NCBI GenBank assembly: GCA_964057225.1
Contig: OZ059894.1
Coordinates: forward strand, 11,656,001 to 11,720,000
Source of the DNA: Auanema rhodensis
Taxonomy: Eukaryota; Animalia; Nematoda
Direction: 5' to 3'
DNA length: 64,000 bases
A model generated the notes under the pieces. That model ran no database searches. It was not told the origin of the DNA and saw only the letters and a program-made list of their open reading frames with translations. Both the position numbers and the translations under genes were made by a program. Shown in pieces: positions 1 through 11,728 of the stretch. Every line of letters begins with the position of its first letter. The stretch's first letter is position 1.

Positions 1-190
1 TGTTGTTAATAGTTAGGACCACAAAGAAAACAACAGGAACAGTAACAAATGAAATGCCCAAACTTTACAGTGTTCGAGTTATTTACAGTATCTAAGACTA
101 CCTCTGTCGTGTTATTAGAGCAAACATTCGATTAACAACAACTTTTTTTTAGTTATCAAAGCTTTTTTATTTCTTCAAAAAATTTCAAAT

Positions 191-201
191 AAAATATAAA
201 A
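191..201 (-). terminator. Pol III oligo-T terminator of 5S; representative copy
   Basis: TTTTATATTTT at the 5S 3' end. Confidence 0.75.
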
Positions 202-319
202 GCTTACGACACCCGGGATTCCCAAGCCGTCTCCGATCCAAGTACTAACCGGGCCCAACGTTGCTTGACTTGCCAGATCGGACGGGATGGCGTACTTTCA
301 ACGTGGTATGGTCGTAAGC
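201..319 (-). rRNA. 5S rRNA
   Basis: 119 nt GCTTACGACCATACCACGTTGAAAG...CCGATCT...GTTAGTACTTGGATCGGAGAC...GTCGTAAGCT; terminal helix I, box A, box C, oligo-T terminator. Confidence 0.98.
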
Positions 320-341
320 AATGTCATATTCTTCATTATCA

Positions 342-349
342 GTTATATC
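342..349 (-). promoter_or_regulatory. TATA-like element at about -25 to -30 of 5S; representative copy
   Basis: GATATAAC upstream of both 5S copies of each unit; position fits upstream TATA-like elements of 5S genes. Confidence 0.5.
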
Positions 350-461
350 ACTCTAAATCTTGTTGTTAATAGATACGACCACAAAGAAAACAACAGGAAC
401 AGTAACAATAACAAAAAAAATTTTTTTTTCACCTATGTGTCTAAAGGTTAGCCATGTATCC

Positions 462-464
<3 letters not shown>

Positions 465-505
<41 letters not shown>
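465..505. repeat. (TA)n microsatellite, one per unit, variable length; representative copy
   Basis: Seen directly; shortest near 7895 and 37223, longest near 27293, 39684 and 60724. Confidence 0.98.
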
Positions 506-507
<2 letters not shown>

Positions 508-1321
508 ACAGTAAAAAGTCCAATCAAGAGAGAAATTTTTTCAACACATAGTTGTTTTTTTTTTAAATATCATTGTTTTTCCTCATAACTCGGTTTAAAC
601 TCGTTCTAACCCGTTGAAATACGTCTAGAAAGTCTTTATAACATGCATATGTATGATAGAACTTCATATTTATTGTAATAGAAAATTTTATTTTCAGACG
701 TCTTGGTTAACAATGATATGTTTTACCCCCTTATAATTTTTATCATAATGTTCCTTATACGGAACGCTCAATGAAACTTGCTTCCAGAAAAATTTCTTTC
801 TATTTTTTCTTCATATGTACGTAGATACTATAGAGAACTATGATAGAAAACTTTAACATTCACGAAATCATCATTTCTCATTACGCTACGGAGGTTTAAA
901 AAGCTGTGTTTTACCTTATAATAGACCGGAAAACCCTTGTGTTAAAACTGGACCGTTTTTACACATATAAAAATGTCCCGTATTCGGGACCCTAATGTAA
1001 CTTTTGATTCCCTATATTTTTTTTCATGAAATTTACAATCTACTGTAGAAAGAAGAATTATTTTTATAAAAACTGTAAATTTTTGAAAAATGAAAACAAA
1101 ACGAAAACAAAAACAACTTTTTTTTGAACATTTTCTCACACAAGGGTCCCCCCTTACCTACTTTTTTTCTCATTACTCGTTTCAACCTCATCCGATCACT
1201 CTGCAAACATGTTTAATCGTTCTAACTTGTTGAAATACGTCTTAAAAGTCTAAACAACATGCATATGCATAATAGAAACCACCCGAATAGGCCCCCACGC
1301 ACTAAACGAGATATATACATT

Positions 1322-1455
1322 ACCAGTATAGTAATAGAACACATATTGAAGATTAATTCGATAAGAACAATTTATTGACGTAGAGAATGTTTGTTCCGAA
1401 AAACTACAATATTAAACTATAAAAGTAACAAAAGCGTAGAGGCAGCAAAGACATG
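1322..1455 (-). mobile_element. Fossil element B junction (B 3' end + U2 nt 39-79 + first 10 nt of B), present in every unit; representative copy
   Basis: 1322-1331 = 16229-16238; 1332-1372 = U2 nt 79-39 with 5 mismatches; 1373 onward aligns with 15496 onward, fading near 1455. Confidence 0.85.
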
Positions 1456-1688
1456 AATAAACATAAATGTAAATACAGAATTACCAGGTAGTACATAAGT
1501 ATGACAAAAAATTATAAGAAAGCCATGAAAATAGAAGGTTTGTGAACAAATGAGAGGTACATCTTTGATCGTATAGTCATTTCTAAACCGTTCGTATGCT
1601 GCAGCATCGTCATAAGCGTCACTCAAGTTGAATTTCCATGTGTACTACACGATTTTCATTCTTATTGTTACATTCTTTCCCTGAGGGA

Positions 1689-1873
1689 ATGGGCCGTTCC
1701 CGCCAGCAGTGCAAGAGCGGGTCGACCCGTGAGGTGGAGCTAGCAAGCCAGCATCTACCTCAAGTCTCAAAAATCGGTTAACCTTATTGTGAACCAATGG
1801 AACACATATCGAAGGTTAATTCGATAAGAACGATTACTACACTTTGATCTTAGCCAAAAGGCCGAGAAGCGAT
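1689..1873 (-). ncRNA. U2: U2 snRNA
   Basis: ATCGCTTCTCGGCCTTTTGGCTAAGATC 5' end; GTAGTA; stem IIa TATCGAA/TTCGATA; IIc TTAACCT/AGGTTAA; Sm site GATTTTTGA; stem III; loop IV TTGCAC; 3' end approximate. Confidence 0.97.
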
Positions 1874-2315
1874 ACAGCATAGCCATGAGTATCAAAGACA
1901 TCAAGCAAATGTATCGTACTTGTTACGAGTGCACTCTCTCATTTGAATATAAAAGTGTGGTTTGACAATCTTGACTGTACAGGTCATAAATGGCTCATAT
2001 AAACTGTGGATTTACTCAACTTTTGGACTTATTTTTTTCTTATTCGAAGCGCTGCACTTTTTTCTATTCTTTTTATTCAAATACTTGTATATAGTTTTAT
2101 ATGTACGGTTGCAAAGTTTCCGAATATTTTATATATTTTTATACAATAATTAGGAGAAGGTTAATACAATGAAATCTCCCAACTTTACAGTGTTTGTATT
2201 GCTTACAGTATCTAGAACAACCACTCTTGTAATATTAGAGCACATATCAATCAACAACTTTTTCTAGTTATCAAAGCTTTTTTATTTCTTCAAGATATTT
2301 CAAATAAAATATAAA

Positions 2316-2434
2316 AGCTTACGACACCCGGGATTCCCAAGCCGTCTCCGATCCAAGTACTAACCGGGCCCAACGTTGCTTGACTTGCCAGATCGGACGG
2401 GATGGCGTACTTTCAACGTGGTATGGTCGTAAGC
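2316..2434 (-). rRNA. 5S rRNA
   Basis: Copy of 201-319. Confidence 0.98.
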
Positions 2435-2675
2435 AATGTTATATTCTTCATTATCAGTTATATCACTCTAAATCTTGTTGTTAATAGTTAGGACCACAAA
2501 GAAAACAACAGGAACAGTAACAAATGAAATGCCCAAACTTTACAGTGTTCGAGTTATTTACAGTATCTAAGACTACCTCTGTCGTGTTATTAGAGCAAAC
2601 ATTCGATTAACAACAACTTTTTTTTAGTTATCAAAGCTTTTTTATTTCTTCAAAAAATTTCAAATAAAATATAAA

Positions 2676-2794
2676 AGCTTACGACACCCGGGATTCCCAA
2701 GCCGTCTCCGATCCAAGTACTAACCGGGCCCAACGTTGCTTGACTTGCCAGATCGGACGGGATGGCGTACTTTCAACGTGGTATGGTCGTAAGC
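2676..2794 (-). rRNA. 5S rRNA
   Basis: Copy of 201-319. Confidence 0.98.
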
Positions 2795-2936
2795 AATGTC
2801 ATATTCTTCATTATCAGTTATATCACTCTAAATCTTGTTGTTAATAGATACGACCACAAAGAAAACAACAGGAACAGTAACAATAACAAAAAAAAATTTT
2901 TTTTCACCTATGTGTCTAAAGGTTAGCCATGTATCC

Positions 2937-2982
<46 letters not shown>

Positions 2983-4163
2983 ACAGTAAAAAGTCCAATC
3001 AAGAGAGAAATTTTTTCAACACATAGTTGTTTTTTTTTTAAATATCATTGTTTTTCCTCATAACTCGGTTTAAACTCGTTCTAACCCGTTGAAATACGTC
3101 TAGAAAGTCTTTATAACATGCATATGTATGATAGAACTTCATATTTATTGTAATAGAAAATTTTATTTTCAGACGTCTTGGTTAACAATGATATGTTTTA
3201 CCCCCTTATAATTTTTATCATAATGTTCCTTATACGGAACGCTCAATGAAACTTGCTTCCAGAAAAATTTCTTTCTATTTTTTCTTCATATGTACGTAGA
3301 TACTATAGAGAACTATGATAGAAAACTTTAACATTCACGAAATCATCATTTCTCATTACGCTACGGAGGTTTAAAAAGCTGTGTTTTACCTTATAATAGA
3401 CCGGAAAACCCTTGTGTTAAAACTGGACCGTTTTTACACATATAAAAATGTCCCGTATTCGGGACCCTAATGTAACTTTTGATTCCCTATATTTTTTTTC
3501 ATGAAATTTACAATCTACTGTAGAAAGAAGAATTATTTTTATAAAAACTGTAAATTTTTGAAAAATGAAAACAAAACGAAAACAAAAACAACTTTTTTTT
3601 GAACATTTTCTCACACAAGGGTCCCCCCTTACCTACTTTTTTTCTCATTACTCGTTTCAACCTCATCCGATCACTCTGCAAACATGTTTAATCGTTCTAA
3701 CTTGTTGAAATACGTCTTAAAAGTCTAAACAACATGCATATGCATAATAGAAACCACCCGAATAGGCCCCCACGCACTAAACGAGATATATACATTACCA
3801 GTATAGTAATAGAACACATATTGAAGATTAATTCGATAAGAACAATTTATTGACGTAGAGAATGTTTGTTCCGAAAAACTACAATATTAAACTATAAAAG
3901 TAACAAAAGCGTAGAGGCAGCAAAGACATGAATAAACATAAATGTAAATACAGAATTACCAGGTAGTACATAAGTATGACAAAAAATTATAAGAAAGCCA
4001 TGAAAATAGAAGGTTTGTGAACAAATGAGAGGTACATCTTTGATCGTATAGTCATTTCTAAACCGTTCGTATGCTGCAGCATCGTCATAAGCGTCACTCA
4101 AGTTGAATTTCCATGTGTACTACACGATTTTCATTCTTATTGTTACATTCTTTCCCTGAGGGA

Positions 4164-4348
4164 ATGGGCCGTTCCCGCCAGCAGTGCAAGAGCGGGTCGA
4201 CCCGTGAGGTGGAGCTAGCAAGCCAGCATCTACCTCAAGTCTCAAAAATCGGTTAACCTTATTGTGAACCAATGGAACACATATCGAAGGTTAATTCGAT
4301 AAGAACGATTACTACACTTTGATCTTAGCCAAAAGGCCGAGAAGCGAT
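4164..4348 (-). ncRNA. U2: U2 snRNA
   Basis: Copy of 1689-1873. Confidence 0.97.
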
Positions 4349-4790
4349 ACAGCATAGCCATGAGTATCAAAGACATCAAGCAAATGTATCGTACTTGTTA
4401 CGAGTGCACTCTCTCATTTGAATATAAAAGTGTGGTTTGACAATCTTGACTGTACAGGTCATAAATGGCTCATATAAACTGTGGATTTACTCAACTTTTG
4501 GACTTATTTTTTTCTTATTCGAAGCGCTGCACTTTTTTCTATTCTTTTTATTCAAATACTTGTATATAGTTTTATATGTACGGTTGCAAAGTTTCCGAAT
4601 ATTTTATATATTTTTATACAATAATTAGGAGAAGGTTAATACAATGAAATCTCCCAACTTTACAGTGTTTGTATTGCTTACAGTATCTAGAACAACCACT
4701 CTTGTAATATTAGAGCACATATCAATCAACAACTTTTTCTAGTTATCAAAGCTTTTTTATTTCTTCAAGATATTTCAAATAAAATATAAA

Positions 4791-4909
4791 AGCTTACGAC
4801 ACCCGGGATTCCCAAGCCGTCTCCGATCCAAGTACTAACCGGGCCCAACGTTGCTTGACTTGCCAGATCGGACGGGATGGCGTACTTTCAACGTGGTATG
4901 GTCGTAAGC
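4791..4909 (-). rRNA. 5S rRNA
   Basis: Copy of 201-319. Confidence 0.98.
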
Positions 4910-5150
4910 AATGTTATATTCTTCATTATCAGTTATATCACTCTAAATCTTGTTGTTAATAGTTAGGACCACAAAGAAAACAACAGGAACAGTAACAAAT
5001 GAAATGCCCAAACTTTACAGTGTTCGAGTTATTTACAGTATCTAAGACTACCTCTGTCGTGTTATTAGAGCAAACATTCGATTAACAACAACTTTTTTTT
5101 AGTTATCAAAGCTTTTTTATTTCTTCAAAAAATTTCAAATAAAATATAAA

Positions 5151-5269
5151 AGCTTACGACACCCGGGATTCCCAAGCCGTCTCCGATCCAAGTACTAACC
5201 GGGCCCAACGTTGCTTGACTTGCCAGATCGGACGGGATGGCGTACTTTCAACGTGGTATGGTCGTAAGC
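5151..5269 (-). rRNA. 5S rRNA
   Basis: Copy of 201-319. Confidence 0.98.
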
Positions 5270-5411
5270 AATGTCATATTCTTCATTATCAGTTATATCA
5301 CTCTAAATCTTGTTGTTAATAGATACGACCACAAAGAAAACAACAGGAACAGTAACAATAACAAAAAAAATTTTTTTTTCACCTATGTGTCTAAAGGTTA
5401 GCCATGTATCC

Positions 5412-5461
<50 letters not shown>

Positions 5462-6642
5462 ACAGTAAAAAGTCCAATCAAGAGAGAAATTTTTTCAACA
5501 CATAGTTGTTTTTTTTTTAAATATCATTGTTTTTCCTCATAACTCGGTTTAAACTCGTTCTAACCCGTTGAAATACGTCTAGAAAGTCTTTATAACATGC
5601 ATATGTATGATAGAACTTCATATTTATTGTAATAGAAAATTTTATTTTCAGACGTCTTGGTTAACAATGATATGTTTTACCCCCTTATAATTTTTATCAT
5701 AATGTTCCTTATACGGAACGCTCAATGAAACTTGCTTCCAGAAAAATTTCTTTCTATTTTTTCTTCATATGTACGTAGATACTATAGAGAACTATGATAG
5801 AAAACTTTAACATTCACGAAATCATCATTTCTCATTACGCTACGGAGGTTTAAAAAGCTGTGTTTTACCTTATAATAGACCGGAAAACCCTTGTGTTAAA
5901 ACTGGACCGTTTTTACACATATAAAAATGTCCCGTATTCGGGACCCTAATGTAACTTTTGATTCCCTATATTTTTTTTCATGAAATTTACAATCTACTGT
6001 AGAAAGAAGAATTATTTTTATAAAAACTGTAAATTTTTGAAAAATGAAAACAAAACGAAAACAAAAACAACTTTTTTTTGAACATTTTCTCACACAAGGG
6101 TCCCCCCTTACCTACTTTTTTTCTCATTACTCGTTTCAACCTCATCCGATCACTCTGCAAACATGTTTAATCGTTCTAACTTGTTGAAATACGTCTTAAA
6201 AGTCTAAACAACATGCATATGCATAATAGAAACCACCCGAATAGGCCCCCACGCACTAAACGAGATATATACATTACCAGTATAGTAATAGAACACATAT
6301 TGAAGATTAATTCGATAAGAACAATTTATTGACGTAGAGAATGTTTGTTCCGAAAAACTACAATATTAAACTATAAAAGTAACAAAAGCGTAGAGGCAGC
6401 AAAGACATGAATAAACATAAATGTAAATACAGAATTACCAGGTAGTACATAAGTATGACAAAAAATTATAAGAAAGCCATGAAAATAGAAGGTTTGTGAA
6501 CAAATGAGAGGTACATCTTTGATCGTATAGTCATTTCTAAACCGTTCGTATGCTGCAGCATCGTCATAAGCGTCACTCAAGTTGAATTTCCATGTGTACT
6601 ACACGATTTTCATTCTTATTGTTACATTCTTTCCCTGAGGGA

Positions 6643-6827
6643 ATGGGCCGTTCCCGCCAGCAGTGCAAGAGCGGGTCGACCCGTGAGGTGGAGCTAGCAA
6701 GCCAGCATCTACCTCAAGTCTCAAAAATCGGTTAACCTTATTGTGAACCAATGGAACACATATCGAAGGTTAATTCGATAAGAACGATTACTACACTTTG
6801 ATCTTAGCCAAAAGGCCGAGAAGCGAT
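6643..6827 (-). ncRNA. U2: U2 snRNA
   Basis: Copy of 1689-1873. Confidence 0.97.
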
Positions 6828-7269
6828 ACAGCATAGCCATGAGTATCAAAGACATCAAGCAAATGTATCGTACTTGTTACGAGTGCACTCTCTCATTTGA
6901 ATATAAAAGTGTGGTTTGACAATCTTGACTGTACAGGTCATAAATGGCTCATATAAACTGTGGATTTACTCAACTTTTGGACTTATTTTTTTCTTATTCG
7001 AAGCGCTGCACTTTTTTCTATTCTTTTTATTCAAATACTTGTATATAGTTTTATATGTACGGTTGCAAAGTTTCCGAATATTTTATATATTTTTATACAA
7101 TAATTAGGAGAAGGTTAATACAATGAAATCTCCCAACTTTACAGTGTTTGTATTGCTTACAGTATCTAGAACAACCACTCTTGTAATATTAGAGCACATA
7201 TCAATCAACAACTTTTTCTAGTTATCAAAGCTTTTTTATTTCTTCAAGATATTTCAAATAAAATATAAA

Positions 7270-7388
7270 AGCTTACGACACCCGGGATTCCCAAGCCGTC
7301 TCCGATCCAAGTACTAACCGGGCCCAACGTTGCTTGACTTGCCAGATCGGACGGGATGGCGTACTTTCAACGTGGTATGGTCGTAAGC
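7270..7388 (-). rRNA. 5S rRNA
   Basis: Copy of 201-319. Confidence 0.98.
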
Positions 7389-7629
7389 AATGTTATATTC
7401 TTCATTATCAGTTATATCACTCTAAATCTTGTTGTTAATAGTTAGGACCACAAAGAAAACAACAGGAACAGTAACAAATGAAATGCCCAAACTTTACAGT
7501 GTTCGAGTTATTTACAGTATCTAAGACTACCTCTGTCGTGTTATTAGAGCAAACATTCGATTAACAACAACTTTTTTTTAGTTATCAAAGCTTTTTTATT
7601 TCTTCAAAAAATTTCAAATAAAATATAAA

Positions 7630-7748
7630 AGCTTACGACACCCGGGATTCCCAAGCCGTCTCCGATCCAAGTACTAACCGGGCCCAACGTTGCTTGACTT
7701 GCCAGATCGGACGGGATGGCGTACTTTCAACGTGGTATGGTCGTAAGC
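7630..7748 (-). rRNA. 5S rRNA
   Basis: Copy of 201-319. Confidence 0.98.
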
Positions 7749-9103
7749 AATGTCATATTCTTCATTATCAGTTATATCACTCTAAATCTTGTTGTTAATA
7801 GATACGACCACAAAGAAAACAACAGGAACAGTAACAATAACAAAAAAAATTTTTTTTTCACCTATGTGTCTAAAGGTTAGCCATGTATCCGTTTATATAT
7901 ATATATATATATATATATATCAACAGTAAAAAGTCCAATCAAGAGAGAAATTTTTTCAACACATAGTTGTTTTTTTTTTAAATATCATTGTTTTTCCTCA
8001 TAACTCGGTTTAAACTCGTTCTAACCCGTTGAAATACGTCTAGAAAGTCTTTATAACATGCATATGTATGATAGAACTTCATATTTATTGTAATAGAAAA
8101 TTTTATTTTCAGACGTCTTGGTTAACAATGATATGTTTTACCCCCTTATAATTTTTATCATAATGTTCCTTATACGGAACGCTCAATGAAACTTGCTTCC
8201 AGAAAAATTTCTTTCTATTTTTTCTTCATATGTACGTAGATACTATAGAGAACTATGATAGAAAACTTTAACATTCACGAAATCATCATTTCTCATTACG
8301 CTACGGAGGTTTAAAAAGCTGTGTTTTACCTTATAATAGACCGGAAAACCCTTGTGTTAAAACTGGACCGTTTTTACACATATAAAAATGTCCCGTATTC
8401 GGGACCCTAATGTAACTTTTGATTCCCTATATTTTTTTTCATGAAATTTACAATCTACTGTAGAAAGAAGAATTATTTTTATAAAAACTGTAAATTTTTG
8501 AAAAATGAAAACAAAACGAAAACAAAAACAACTTTTTTTTGAACATTTTCTCACACAAGGGTCCCCCCTTACCTACTTTTTTTCTCATTACTCGTTTCAA
8601 CCTCATCCGATCACTCTGCAAACATGTTTAATCGTTCTAACTTGTTGAAATACGTCTTAAAAGTCTAAACAACATGCATATGCATAATAGAAACCACCCG
8701 AATAGGCCCCCACGCACTAAACGAGATATATACATTACCAGTATAGTAATAGAACACATATTGAAGATTAATTCGATAAGAACAATTTATTGACGTAGAG
8801 AATGTTTGTTCCGAAAAACTACAATATTAAACTATAAAAGTAACAAAAGCGTAGAGGCAGCAAAGACATGAATAAACATAAATGTAAATACAGAATTACC
8901 AGGTAGTACATAAGTATGACAAAAAATTATAAGAAAGCCATGAAAATAGAAGGTTTGTGAACAAATGAGAGGTACATCTTTGATCGTATAGTCATTTCTA
9001 AACCGTTCGTATGCTGCAGCATCGTCATAAGCGTCACTCAAGTTGAATTTCCATGTGTACTACACGATTTTCATTCTTATTGTTACATTCTTTCCCTGAG
9101 GGA

Positions 9104-9288
9104 ATGGGCCGTTCCCGCCAGCAGTGCAAGAGCGGGTCGACCCGTGAGGTGGAGCTAGCAAGCCAGCATCTACCTCAAGTCTCAAAAATCGGTTAACCTT
9201 ATTGTGAACCAATGGAACACATATCGAAGGTTAATTCGATAAGAACGATTACTACACTTTGATCTTAGCCAAAAGGCCGAGAAGCGAT
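9104..9288 (-). ncRNA. U2: U2 snRNA
   Basis: Copy of 1689-1873. Confidence 0.97.
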
Positions 9289-9730
9289 ACAGCATAGCCA
9301 TGAGTATCAAAGACATCAAGCAAATGTATCGTACTTGTTACGAGTGCACTCTCTCATTTGAATATAAAAGTGTGGTTTGACAATCTTGACTGTACAGGTC
9401 ATAAATGGCTCATATAAACTGTGGATTTACTCAACTTTTGGACTTATTTTTTTCTTATTCGAAGCGCTGCACTTTTTTCTATTCTTTTTATTCAAATACT
9501 TGTATATAGTTTTATATGTACGGTTGCAAAGTTTCCGAATATTTTATATATTTTTATACAATAATTAGGAGAAGGTTAATACAATGAAATCTCCCAACTT
9601 TACAGTGTTTGTATTGCTTACAGTATCTAGAACAACCACTCTTGTAATATTAGAGCACATATCAATCAACAACTTTTTCTAGTTATCAAAGCTTTTTTAT
9701 TTCTTCAAGATATTTCAAATAAAATATAAA

Positions 9731-9849
9731 AGCTTACGACACCCGGGATTCCCAAGCCGTCTCCGATCCAAGTACTAACCGGGCCCAACGTTGCTTGACT
9801 TGCCAGATCGGACGGGATGGCGTACTTTCAACGTGGTATGGTCGTAAGC
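9731..9849 (-). rRNA. 5S rRNA
   Basis: Copy of 201-319. Confidence 0.98.
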
Positions 9850-10090
9850 AATGTTATATTCTTCATTATCAGTTATATCACTCTAAATCTTGTTGTTAAT
9901 AGTTAGGACCACAAAGAAAACAACAGGAACAGTAACAAATGAAATGCCCAAACTTTACAGTGTTCGAGTTATTTACAGTATCTAAGACTACCTCTGTCGT
10001 GTTATTAGAGCAAACATTCGATTAACAACAACTTTTTTTTAGTTATCAAAGCTTTTTTATTTCTTCAAAAAATTTCAAATAAAATATAAA

Positions 10091-10209
10091 AGCTTACGAC
10101 ACCCGGGATTCCCAAGCCGTCTCCGATCCAAGTACTAACCGGGCCCAACGTTGCTTGACTTGCCAGATCGGACGGGATGGCGTACTTTCAACGTGGTATG
10201 GTCGTAAGC
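10091..10209 (-). rRNA. 5S rRNA
   Basis: Copy of 201-319. Confidence 0.98.
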
Positions 10210-10351
10210 AATGTCATATTCTTCATTATCAGTTATATCACTCTAAATCTTGTTGTTAATAGATACGACCACAAAGAAAACAACAGGAACAGTAACAATA
10301 ACAAAAAAAATTTTTTTTTCACCTATGTGTCTAAAGGTTAGCCATGTATCC

Positions 10352-10399
<48 letters not shown>

Positions 10400-11580
10400 A
10401 CAGTAAAAAGTCCAATCAAGAGAGAAATTTTTTCAACACATAGTTTTTTTTTTTTTAAATATCATTGTTTTTCCTCATAACTCGGTTTAAACTCGTTCTA
10501 ACCCGTTGAAATACGTCTAGAAAGTCTTTATAACATGCATATGTATGATAGAACTTCATATTTATTGTAATAGAAAATTTTATTTTCAGACGTCTTGGTT
10601 AACAATGATATGTTTTACCCCCTTATAATTTTTATCATAATGTTCCTTATACGGAACGCTCAATGAAACTTGCTTCCAGAAAAATTTCTTTCTATTTTTT
10701 CTTCATATGTACGTAGATACTATAGAGAACTATGATAGAAAACTTTAACATTCACGAAATCATCATTTCTCATTACGCTACGGAGGTTTAAAAAGCTGTG
10801 TTTTACCTTATAATAGACCGGAAAACCCTTGTGTTAAAACTGGACCGTTTTTACACATATAAAAATGTCCCGTATTCGGGACCCTAATGTAACTTTTGAT
10901 TCCCTATATTTTTTTTCATGAAATTTACAATCTACTGTAGAAAGAAGAATTATTTTTATAAAAACTGTAAATTTTTGAAAAATGAAAACAAAACGAAAAC
11001 AAAAACAACTTTTTTTTGAACATTTTCTCACACAAGGGTCCCCCCTTACCTACTTTTTTTCTCATTACTCGTTTCAACCTCATCCGATCACTCTGCAAAC
11101 ATGTTTAATCGTTCTAACTTGTTGAAATACGTCTTAAAAGTCTAAACAACATGCATATGCATAATAGAAACCACCCGAATAGGCCCCCACGCACTAAACG
11201 AGATATATACATTACCAGTATAGTAATAGAACACATATTGAAGATTAATTCGATAAGAACAATTTATTGACGTAGAGAATGTTTGTTCCGAAAAACTACA
11301 ATATTAAACTATAAAAGTAACAAAAGCGTAGAGGCAGCAAAGACATGAATAAACATAAATGTAAATACAGAATTACCAGGTAGTACATAAGTATGACAAA
11401 AAATTATAAGAAAGCCATGAAAATAGAAGGTTTGTGAACAAATGAGAGGTACATCTTTGATCGTATAGTCATTTCTAAACCGTTCGTATGCTGCAGCATC
11501 GTCATAAGCGTCACTCAAGTTGAATTTCCATGTGTACTACACGATTTTCATTCTTATTGTTACATTCTTTCCCTGAGGGA

Positions 11581-11728
11581 ATGGGCCGTTCCCGCCAGCA
11601 GTGCAAGAGCGGGTCGACCCGTGAGGTGGAGCTAGCAAGCCAGCATCTACCTCAAGTCTCAAAAATCGGTTAACCTTATTGTGAACCAATGGAACACATA
11701 TCGAAGGTTAATTCGATAAGAACGATTA
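11581..11728 (-). pseudogene. U2: 3' part (nt 38-end) of interrupted U2 gene
   Basis: Identical to array U2 downstream of the insertion site. Confidence 0.95.

Noticed and set aside
975-1010. Hairpin as a Helitron 3' end
   Set aside because: No CTRR terminus at the expected distance on either strand
1874-1960. U2 proximal sequence element
   Set aside because: Expected here by position, but no motif can be supported without other snRNA promoters from the species
360-2153. Four short ORFs repeated in each unit (MLLIDT..., MRKCSK..., MSDAYD..., MTILTV...)
   Set aside because: Non-ATG starts, low-complexity AT-rich translation, one runs through the (TA)n and frameshifts between units; they recur only because the DNA repeats
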